From an uncultured archaeon (GTDB lineage Archaea; Iainarchaeota; Iainarchaeia; Iainarchaeales; 0-14-0-20-30-16), in assembly GCA_964565725.1 (NCBI GenBank), contig CAZMGA010000005.1:1-32000 (forward strand): DNA of 32,000 nucleotides. The letters are read 5' to 3'. A program made the translations under genes and the position numbers. The notes beneath the pieces were generated by a model, which saw only the letters and a program-made list of their open reading frames with translations, did not search any database and was not told the DNA's origin. Below, piece after piece: positions 16,504-24,242 of this stretch (position 1 is its first letter; each line of letters opens with the position of its first letter).

Positions 16504-17258
16504 ATTAATTTTAAACTTTCTTCTTCATCCATAGTTAATTTACCAATAACTATTATAGTTGAAGGATAATTATAATTAGTTATTTGGTTACTTATTTCTT
16601 TTATTTTATTTATTATTATTTTTTCATTTTTTGAACAAGCTCCACTAACTATAATAACTTGCCAATCGTCTATATTTATATTTTTATATTTAGATATTTC
16701 TAATAATCTTTTTGTTGCTTCGTATGGTTGCATGTAATATTCTTGTTTTTCATCAATTTTTATATCTAATAAACAAATTGTATGTAATCCTAATTTTTTA
16801 TTATCTAAAATATAATCAAAGAAACTATCTGGAGAGTAATTTTCTAATGGCTTAACTATTGAAATAGTTCTACCAAATCTATATTCTTCTAAACCTGTAA
16901 GCATAGGTATAACTGAAAATATACTAATTCCTGCAATTAGTTTATATTTTATATTTTGTTTTTTTAATTCATTTATTATTGTACTATGTGTGGTTGCACT
17001 AGTAATATTTCCATAAACACAAAAAGAAATATTTTGTTTTTTTGATTCTTCAATAATATTTTGAAAACTTAGTTCTGTATTTTCTCTATATAAAGGTATA
17101 AATTTTATGTTATATTCAAATTCTAAATCTTTTAAATTATTTTCAGAATATTTGCTAGTATAGTTTTCAACATATATTTTTTTTGATTCTTTTAATGCTT
17201 TCAAAGCTTCTATACTAATTTGATTTTTATTTAAACCTAAACCAACTATATACAACAT
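16500..17258 (-). CDS. dph5: diphthine synthase
   Basis: MLYIVGLGL N-terminus of the tetrapyrrole-methylase fold. 252 aa, with layout typical of archaeal DphB/Dph5. Confidence 0.85.
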   Translation of the reverse strand: MLYIVGLGLNKNQISIEALKALKESKKIYVENYTSKYSENNLKDLEFEYNIKFIPLYRENTELSFQNIIEESKKQNISFCVYGNITSATTHSTIINELKKQNIKYKLIAGISIFSVIPMLTGLEEYRFGRTISIVKPLENYSPDSFFDYILDNKKLGLHTICLLDIKIDEKQEYYMQPYEATKRLLEISKYKNINIDDWQVIIVSGACSKNEKIIINKIKEISNQITNYNYPSTIIVIGKLTMDEEESLKLI

Positions 17259-17265
17259 AATATCA

Positions 17266-17922
17266 CTATTTCCATATAAATATTAGTTTGCTATCTATTA
17301 ATAAAATAGTATCTAAAGGTAATAATCCAAAAATATATGGATTATCTATATCTATTTCATTATTATTTAAGTTAATTTTAATTACTTTATTTTTCCCTAT
17401 AATTATTATATTATTACTTTCTAATTTTATTTTTTTTAATTCGTTTATGCCTTCTTTTAAAATATTGAAATATAATCTATTATTTTTAATATATAAATAT
17501 TCATCTCTTATTTTTGCTGTTTGGGAAATATCAAAATCTTCTGGCAATATAACTTTATTTTTGATATTTTCAATTTTATGATTTAATTCTTTAAAGTTTA
17601 ATCTATATTTTTGTTTATTTATATTATATATTAAATTATTCCATGCCTTTTTTCTATCTATTCTACCAATTTTACTATTTTTTTTAAAATATTCTGAATA
17701 ATCATTATTTAAATTAACTTTATCTATATCTTCATGCATTCTTAAATCTTCATATAATTCTTTAACAAAATTTTTGGGATTATCTTTATTTTTTATAATT
17801 TCTGGTCTTATTTTTAATATTTCTTTTATTTTTGTATCTACTTTTATAGCTCTAATTTTATCTTTAATATATAAATCTTGTAGTTCTTGATATATAATTG
17901 ATAATTTCTGTTCTAATTCCAT
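17266..17922 (-). CDS. hypothetical protein co-transcribed with dph5
   Basis: ORF track. Its stop overlaps the dph5 SD. No recognisable domain. Confidence 0.5.
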   Translation of the reverse strand: MELEQKLSIIYQELQDLYIKDKIRAIKVDTKIKEILKIRPEIIKNKDNPKNFVKELYEDLRMHEDIDKVNLNNDYSEYFKKNSKIGRIDRKKAWNNLIYNINKQKYRLNFKELNHKIENIKNKVILPEDFDISQTAKIRDEYLYIKNNRLYFNILKEGINELKKIKLESNNIIIIGKNKVIKINLNNNEIDIDNPYIFGLLPLDTILLIDSKLIFIWK

Positions 17923-17973
17923 AAATAATAAACTTAAGAATAGTTTATAATTCTTTTTAATTATAATATAATT

Positions 17974-18405
17974 ATGCCACTAGAAAAGCCAAAACAATTA
18001 GAATTATTTCCTAGATTAAAAAAATTTAGACCTGGAAGGTTATCTTATAAACATCATAGTTTTAATGGTGTTCAGACTTATAAGGTTGGTAATAAAGGGG
18101 TAATTTTTGCAGAAGCACACGTTTTGCAACAAAATGGAAAGCCATTATTGTATGATATTAGAATAATGCCTGGATTTGATTTATTAAAAAGAAATGGAAT
18201 TGCAAAAAGATTATTAAATAGAGTAATTGAAAGTCTTAAACAACAAGGATATAATGATTTAACATTATATGTTGATAAGGGAGAGGGTATTTTTGGAGAT
18301 AATGATTTTAGAAAAGAATTATATTTATTAAGGTATTACTCAAGATTTGGTTTTAAAGTTATAGGTAAAAATAGAGGTTATTTTAAAATGCGTTTAGATT
18401 TTTAA
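17974..18405 (+). CDS. GNAT-family N-acetyltransferase-like protein
   Basis: KRNGIAKRLLNRVIESLKQQGY resembles the GNAT motif A acetyl-CoA site, and the C-terminal YSRFGFKV is typical. Confidence 0.55.
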   Translation: MPLEKPKQLELFPRLKKFRPGRLSYKHHSFNGVQTYKVGNKGVIFAEAHVLQQNGKPLLYDIRIMPGFDLLKRNGIAKRLLNRVIESLKQQGYNDLTLYVDKGEGIFGDNDFRKELYLLRYYSRFGFKVIGKNRGYFKMRLDF

Positions 18406-19817
18406 TTATAATTTTCAAATTTTAATGATCTTATTTCATATAATAATGAGTTATATTGGTTTACCAATGAGTTATATTCTTTAATTTCAGAATTGTTTGC
18501 GAATTCTTTTGTTTTTAATTCATCTATAACAGATTTTAGATTATTTAAAATTATGGTTTTTTCATTTATTTGATTTAGTGTATTTTGACCATATTTTGAT
18601 TCTATATATTTTTTTCCATCTGATATTGGTATTACATTTATAGGTTCAAAATTGATATCATTTATTACATTTTTGTTTGTAGTTTCAATATAACAAACTT
18701 TATCTGAATTTATATAATAATCTGAATTATTACAACTAACAGCTACTACTGCATGATCTATTAAATTATCTTCAAAGATTGTTTTCCCTACTACTATATA
18801 GTTAGAATATCCAAATTCTTTTAATATTCCTGATAAAATAACCGATTTGTCTAAGCACAATCCTTTCATAGACCATAAAGTTTCATAAGGATAAGTATTT
18901 TTATTATCCCAATTATAATTATAAGGTATTTCTTGTACAAATCTAACTGCAATTTCTAATATTTCTGAATCATTAAAATTATAATCTTTTAATGAATTAA
19001 AATCATTTGCTATTTTTTTTAAAATTAAATTATTATATTCGTCCATGAAATATCTTCTTGCTGATTCATTTTCTTTATAAGTATAACAATATTGATTTTT
19101 TAGTTTTATAGAATAATTTACTAAATCTTCATGTAATTCCAAATTATATACAAAATGATATTTGTCATAATTAAAATAAAAAGTAGAATGTCGTTTATTA
19201 TTATAATCAATAGTTAAATTATCTTTGTTTAAAGTACATTTATCTAAAGTTTCTGGGTTAATATTTATAACATTTAAATTATAATCTTTTTCTTGTTCTA
19301 ATGTTTCTAATTCTTTTAATTCTAATGGTTTTAATTCATATATTTTTATTTGACTATTAATATTAGAATATAATTTGTCTAAATTAATTTTTTCTAAATT
19401 ATTACTATTTCTAGGATTATCTATATTACAATCTATTTGTAATAAATTATTATTTTTACATTTATAAATTAATTCTGGATTTTTTAAATCTTCACAATTT
19501 TCTTTATATTTTAAAACAATATAATTACAAAAATCTTTTTCAATTCCATTTAAATCTTCACAAGATTTAAATATATCATCGTGTTTTGATATTGATTCAC
19601 AATAATAGCAATCTTTTTTATTTGTATAATTTGAACAGTTTCGTGAAAAATTAATATCTTGTATTATTATAATTTCATTATTATCATTTATATCTGTTAT
19701 TTCTGTTTCATTAGAAATTGAATAATTTAAATCTATTTGTTTGAATTGTTCTATAAAATATACACCTATACTTGAAAATAATATTAACAAAACAAATAAA
19801 ATAATTATTTTTTTCAT
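18402..19817 (-). CDS. membrane-anchored transglutaminase-like cysteine protease-fold protein with Cys-rich N-terminal domain
   Basis: N-terminal helix. Cys-rich region (CSNYTNKKDCYYC...). Core is GLCLDKSVILSGILKEFGY ... DHAVVAV ... YIETT, a Cys-His-Asp/Glu arrangement. Confidence 0.55.
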   Translation of the reverse strand: MKKIIILFVLLILFSSIGVYFIEQFKQIDLNYSISNETEITDINDNNEIIIIQDINFSRNCSNYTNKKDCYYCESISKHDDIFKSCEDLNGIEKDFCNYIVLKYKENCEDLKNPELIYKCKNNNLLQIDCNIDNPRNSNNLEKINLDKLYSNINSQIKIYELKPLELKELETLEQEKDYNLNVININPETLDKCTLNKDNLTIDYNNKRHSTFYFNYDKYHFVYNLELHEDLVNYSIKLKNQYCYTYKENESARRYFMDEYNNLILKKIANDFNSLKDYNFNDSEILEIAVRFVQEIPYNYNWDNKNTYPYETLWSMKGLCLDKSVILSGILKEFGYSNYIVVGKTIFEDNLIDHAVVAVSCNNSDYYINSDKVCYIETTNKNVINDINFEPINVIPISDGKKYIESKYGQNTLNQINEKTIILNNLKSVIDELKTKEFANNSEIKEYNSLVNQYNSLLYEIRSLKFENYN

Positions 19818-19818
19818 A

Positions 19819-20640
19819 TTATCCCTTATAATAATTTTGCATTAACATTGCATCTTTTTCAATGTTTGGAGATTCTGAGATTATTACTCCTTTTAAATTA
19901 TAATCTTTAAATGTATTTAATAATGTTTTCCAATTTAAATCTGATTCTTCTAATGTTAAATGATTTCTTTCTCCCTTATTAGTGTAATTTATACCTGATA
20001 TGTGAATATGCATATTTTCTAATGCTATTTTTCCCAATTTATTTTCTATTTTATTTAATATATTCTCAAATTCATTTTTAGTATTATTTTTTCCATTTCT
20101 TGCGTGTAAATGTGCAAAATCTATACACGGTAAAACCATTTCTAAATCCTCTGATAATTTTACACATTCATCTAAATTGCCTATTTGTGTTTCTTTACCT
20201 GTTGTTTCTGGTCTAATCCAAATATTTATGTTTTCATCCTTCATTTTTTTTATAACTTCTTTTAAATTTGTTTTTACAATATTATATGCTTTTTCATTAT
20301 CTTGTTTTAAATAATAACCAGGATGAAAAGTAATAGAATATCCATTTAATAAAGATGTAATTTTAGCTGTATTATATATTCTATCTATTGATGCTTTTTG
20401 AATTTTTAAATCTAAAGAAGCTAAATTTACATAATATGGGGAATGTGCTGTGAATATTAAATCATTTTTTTCAGAAAGTATTTTTTGAATTTCTTCCTTT
20501 TCATTTTTAATCCAAATGTTGTGTACAAATTCTAATTCCATTCCATCTAATTTTAGTGTTTTTAAATCTTTTATAGCATTAAAAATATTACCTTTTGTTA
20601 TTGATGGAAAACCAGCTGTTAAAAAATTTAATTTATTCAT
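19819..20640 (-). CDS. nfo: endonuclease IV-like (AP endonuclease 2 / xylose-isomerase-like TIM barrel) protein; start moved to ATG 20640
   Basis: AHSPYYVNL, FHPGYY, IRPETTGK, CIDFAHLHA and MHIHISG metal-ligand motifs in the Nfo order. ATG overlaps the PLD stop (ATGA). Confidence 0.7.
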   Translation of the reverse strand: MNKLNFLTAGFPSITKGNIFNAIKDLKTLKLDGMELEFVHNIWIKNEKEEIQKILSEKNDLIFTAHSPYYVNLASLDLKIQKASIDRIYNTAKITSLLNGYSITFHPGYYLKQDNEKAYNIVKTNLKEVIKKMKDENINIWIRPETTGKETQIGNLDECVKLSEDLEMVLPCIDFAHLHARNGKNNTKNEFENILNKIENKLGKIALENMHIHISGINYTNKGERNHLTLEESDLNWKTLLNTFKDYNLKGVIISESPNIEKDAMLMQNYYKG

Positions 20641-21566
20641 TCGGACCACATTGAATAATATTTGTTAAAATAATTATTATATTCAGTATATATATTATAA
20701 TCATTTATAATTATTATTGATTCTTCATTTTTTTCATTTCCATTATTACTTGGATTCATAGAACCTGTAATTACATAATAATCTATAATACAGAATTTAT
20801 TGTGCATATATTTTGGGTTTTTGTCCCAAATAACTAATATATTGTTATCTTTCAGTTTTTGATATTCGGAATATTGTGAATTTTGTTGTTTTTCTAAAAT
20901 TATTTTAGTATTTAAATTTTTATCTATGATTTCTTTAGATAACGCATCGTAAGTAAAAGAAAAAAACATACATTTTATTTCTTTTTGTGAATTTTTTATT
21001 AGGTCTAAATACAAATCTATACAATTGTTTGGGGAAAAACAAATTTCTTCATTTTTTTCAATAGCTTTAAAATTATTATTCCAGTAATTATTGAATTGTT
21101 TTTCTGCTTTTTCAATATGATTTTTATTGTTTGTTATAATTACGTTATTGTTCTGATACAAAAATGAATCTGTTGTAAAATTTAAAGAGCCTATCCATAA
21201 AATGTTAGAATCAAAAATGCAAAATTTGTTATGCATATAATTATTTGAAGAATCTGTTTTAATATTTTCTGAAATTAAATTAATTTTTTTTAACTCGTCA
21301 TCATCCATAATAATATGAATATTTTTATTATTTTTAATAAATTCGATAATCCAGGGTTCGTTTATAGCATAAACAGCACATTTAATGTTTTTTGAATTCG
21401 TAAAATAATTATATAATTCTAAATTACAATCATTTTCCGGACAAAACAATGCTTTATAATAAAAATTATTGTCTTTGTTTTCATTATTTTGATTATTGTA
21501 TGTTAAAAAGTAGATTGTAAATATAAAAAATAAAAGTATAAAAAATAAAATAAATCTCTTTTTCAT
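20637..21566 (-). CDS. membrane-anchored/exported phospholipase D superfamily protein with two HKD motifs (Nuc-like nuclease or phospholipase)
   Basis: N-terminal helix ILFFILLFFIFTIYFL. HKD motifs are HNKFCIFDSNILWIGSLNFT and HNKFCIIDYYVITGSMNPS. Confidence 0.8.
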   Translation of the reverse strand: MKKRFILFFILLFFIFTIYFLTYNNQNNENKDNNFYYKALFCPENDCNLELYNYFTNSKNIKCAVYAINEPWIIEFIKNNKNIHIIMDDDELKKINLISENIKTDSSNNYMHNKFCIFDSNILWIGSLNFTTDSFLYQNNNVIITNNKNHIEKAEKQFNNYWNNNFKAIEKNEEICFSPNNCIDLYLDLIKNSQKEIKCMFFSFTYDALSKEIIDKNLNTKIILEKQQNSQYSEYQKLKDNNILVIWDKNPKYMHNKFCIIDYYVITGSMNPSNNGNEKNEESIIIINDYNIYTEYNNYFNKYYSMWSE

Positions 21567-21594
21567 AAATAAAAAAAGAGAAAAAGTTTATATT

Positions 21595-21927
21595 TTAGCT
21601 GTAATAGTAAGTATTACTATAATAATATGTTCTAGGAGTTCCAGCTAAAGGATATAATGTAGTATAAGTAGATGTTATTGGTAAACTATAACCATATGTA
21701 TTATATGCTACGTATGTAGGTGTATTTAAGTAAATTTGTGGATAGTATGTTGTAGGATAAATGTAAGTAGGATAAGAATCATAAACATAGCTATTAGAAT
21801 AATATGAAGATCCTAAATAACCAGTATAATTTGGTACGTTATATACATAAGTAGTAGCAAAAACAGTACTTATAAAAGTAATTGATGTAATAAAAACTAA
21901 TAAACTTAATAATATTTTTTTAAACAT
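21595..21927 (-). CDS. secreted tyrosine-rich low-complexity protein
   Basis: Signal peptide MFKKILLSLLVFITSITFISTVFA, then a Y/T/S/N/P-rich sequence in which roughly every third residue is Tyr. Strong AAGGAGGAA SD. Confidence 0.6.
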   Translation of the reverse strand: MFKKILLSLLVFITSITFISTVFATTYVYNVPNYTGYLGSSYYSNSYVYDSYPTYIYPTTYYPQIYLNTPTYVAYNTYGYSLPITSTYTTLYPLAGTPRTYYYSNTYYYS

Positions 21928-22032
21928 GTCTATTCCTCCTTAACTCATAAAGTTAAATAATTATATGTATATTTGATTCAAAGAATATATAAAGGTTTTG
22001 TTTATTTTAATAAAATTTAAAAATAGAAAAAT

Positions 22033-22053
22033 AAAAAAATCCCAAAAGGGACT
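22033..22053 (-). terminator. hairpin plus T-run terminator after the small basic protein gene
   Basis: The minus strand reads AGTCCC-TTTT-GGGATT followed by TTTTT, starting 8 nt after the stop codon. Confidence 0.45.
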
Positions 22054-22061
22054 TTCTTTAT

Positions 22062-22190
22062 TTATTTTGCTCTTTTTCTCATATATCTCTTATAACGAGC
22101 ATTTTTTCTCATCTTTTTCTTATGCCATTTCCATCTTTGTCTCGATCTTGTTTTTTTGAAACGACTAGAATCTTTGTGTCTATGACCCAT
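22062..22190 (-). CDS. 42-aa extremely basic protein, ribosomal protein eL41-like (not in ORF track)
   Basis: My translation is MGHRHKDSSRFKKTRSRQRWKWHKKKMRKNARYKRYMRKRAK. The RWKW-KKK-MRK-KR pattern resembles eL41. AGTGAT SD upstream and terminator downstream. Confidence 0.5.
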   Translation of the reverse strand: MGHRHKDSSRFKKTRSRQRWKWHKKKMRKNARYKRYMRKRAK

Positions 22191-22343
22191 TTAATCACTT
22201 CCCTACTCCCTAAAGGATGGTACTTGCCATAAAGGCGTTTTTCAAAAGTTATTCTTTCGAATAACATTCGATGTAAAGTTAAAATTTTATAATAAAATTA
22301 AAACAAATACATTCAAATATATCACATATGTGAATTGTTTGAA

Positions 22344-22415
22344 TGCCCCTGCCGGGAATCGAACCCAGGTCTCAAGCTTGAAAGGCTTAAATGATAACCA
22401 CTACACTACAGGGAC
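22344..22415 (-). tRNA. tRNA-Glu: tRNA-Glu (anticodon UUC), no intron, no encoded CCA
   Basis: The minus strand reads GTCCCTGTAGTGTAGTGGTTATCATTTAAGCCTTTCAAGCTTGAGACCTGGGTTCGATTCCCGGCAGGGGCA. It folds with a 7-bp acceptor stem, anticodon stem TAAGC/GCTTG, loop CTTTCAA, T arm CTGGG-TTCGATT-CCCGG, and discriminator A. Confidence 0.9.
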
Positions 22416-22668
22416 ACATATTTTATAAAATGTATAAACTATAAGTTTAATTATATTATTTAAATATTTATCAAAAGAAACTTGTATTACCTAATGTAAT
22501 ACTATATTATCTTAAGAATACGAGTTTTAACTTAAAGTTATTATAATATTTGATGTGAAGTATTTATATATATTACGTTTAATTTTTAAATAGAATTGCC
22601 CTAATTTATATAATTTTTAATATGGTTATATTATTATTAATATTAATATATACGTTTTAAGTGATATT

Positions 22669-23274
22669 ATGCAAGATTTTCAAAATATTATACTATTTGA
22701 TATGGACAATACTTTATGTGATTATGATAAAGCTTTGACTTTGAATTATAATGCAATTAAAAGTCCAGAAGATCCAGAATATGTGTCATATAGTCCAAAA
22801 ATATTAAAAAGTAAATATTTAAGTTTAAGAATTGATTTAATTCGAAATCAAAAAAATTGGTGGATTAATTTAGAAAAATACAAACCTGGGTTTGATATTT
22901 TAAATTTAGCAAAAGAATTAGGGTTTGCTATACATATTTTAACTAAAAGCCCTAAAACAGTTATTAATTCATGGTCTGAAAAAGTTGAATGGTGTGAAAA
23001 AAATCTAAAAGATTATGATGTTAAAATAACTATTTCTGATGATAAAAGTTTAGTGTATGGTAAAGTGTTAGTTGATGATTATCCTCCATATATTCAAAAT
23101 TGGTTAAACAAAAGACCAAGAAGTTTAGTAATAATGCCATTACAATCTTGGAATAAAGATTTTGAACATGATCGAGTTATAAAATATGATGGTAATAATT
23201 TAGAAGAAGTTAAACAAACATTAATAATTGCAAAAGATAGGGAGTATAAAGAACAAGTAAATTATAAAAAGTGA
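22669..23274 (+). CDS. 5'(3')-deoxyribonucleotidase (HAD superfamily, NT5C-like)
   Basis: ILFDMDNTLCDY (DxDxT nucleophile motif), TKSP, and VLVDDYP motifs. About 200 aa. Confidence 0.7.
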   Translation: MQDFQNIILFDMDNTLCDYDKALTLNYNAIKSPEDPEYVSYSPKILKSKYLSLRIDLIRNQKNWWINLEKYKPGFDILNLAKELGFAIHILTKSPKTVINSWSEKVEWCEKNLKDYDVKITISDDKSLVYGKVLVDDYPPYIQNWLNKRPRSLVIMPLQSWNKDFEHDRVIKYDGNNLEEVKQTLIIAKDREYKEQVNYKK

Positions 23275-23278
23275 TTAT

Positions 23279-24121
23279 ATGCCTGTTAAAGAACAATTAC
23301 ATTTTTTAAATTTATTAAAAAAAAGACAAACGCAACGAAAAGAAATATCTAATGAAGTTTTTGATTCTTTAGCTGAAAGACAAAAAAGAATGCCTAAAAA
23401 TATAGGTAGGACATCAAAAGAATTATTACTAATATTAGATAGTTTAGGTATAAATTCTCCAATTGAAAAAAAATATGTTTTGCAAGGTTTAAGAAAAGCA
23501 AGAATAATGTTTGGAAATAAATTAACTGATCCTGCTTACTTTAAAGATACTATTGAACATTTAAGAGCAGAATTTGAATTATTAAAAACACAAAAAAATT
23601 TAGCAGTAGTTTTAAGGTTAGGAATATCTCCATTTCAGATTTTAGATATAAATCATGAAATTAGTGCTTTACCTAAAGAATATTCTGATTTAAGTAATAC
23701 TATTCGTGGTTTAGTTTTACGTAAAGTTTATCCTAATGTATCTGCTTTGATAATTCCAATGCAAAAAATAAGTTCTTTTTTAAAAGGGTTATCATTATCT
23801 CGAGGTTTGAAAATAAAAATTATTCAATATACTTTTAACTTAAAAAATAAAAAAAATACATTTGAAGAAGCATTTGATAAAGCGTTAAAATATTTTACTT
23901 TGCCTTTGAAATTTTTAAGTTTAGATGCGAGAACAAATAAAGGTGATGATAAAAGCTATCATGAAAAAATAGGTACTAATGAAAATAATCCTTTAAAGTT
24001 ATTATCTGAAAAAGATAACCAAATACTTTTAGAAAAATTAAGTGTTTTTTTGGGTGAAAGATACAATGAATTAATATCACATTTAGAAGAACATGATACT
24101 TTGCCTAATTGGGCAATATAG
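23279..24121 (+). CDS. hypothetical helical protein
   Basis: ORF track. Starts 4 nt after the nucleotidase gene. No confident domain. Confidence 0.5.
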   Translation: MPVKEQLHFLNLLKKRQTQRKEISNEVFDSLAERQKRMPKNIGRTSKELLLILDSLGINSPIEKKYVLQGLRKARIMFGNKLTDPAYFKDTIEHLRAEFELLKTQKNLAVVLRLGISPFQILDINHEISALPKEYSDLSNTIRGLVLRKVYPNVSALIIPMQKISSFLKGLSLSRGLKIKIIQYTFNLKNKKNTFEEAFDKALKYFTLPLKFLSLDARTNKGDDKSYHEKIGTNENNPLKLLSEKDNQILLEKLSVFLGERYNELISHLEEHDTLPNWAI

Positions 24122-24242
24122 GAAATTGAAAAATTTAAAAGATCAATTAAAAATTAATATTAGGTGGTTTTATGTTCAGTTGTAAATTTAATTCAAAAGA
24201 AAATAAATTATACAACAGTTCACAAAAAAAGGAGTGATTTTT

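Noticed and set aside
17288-17581. 97-aa plus-strand ORF
   Set aside because: Antisense to 17266-17922, which is coupled to dph5. Hydrophobic low-complexity artefact.
22416-22668. Longest intergenic region considered as a replication origin or ncRNA locus (contains hairpin GTATTAC-CTAAT-GTAATAC at 22484-22502)
   Set aside because: It has no repeated ORB-like elements and no adjacent orc1/cdc6. It has no GC-rich structured core, and the short inverted repeats are expected in such AT-rich DNA. Most simply it is the promoter/leader region for the tRNA and the nucleotidase gene.
23279-24121. C-terminal segment LSLDARTNKGDDKSYHEKIGTNENNPLKLLSEKDNQILLEKLSVFLGERYNELI resembling sigma-70 region 3/4
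   Set aside because: The resemblance is a short pattern only. No region 2 motifs are visible, and a sigma factor is not expected in an archaeon. Left as hypothetical.
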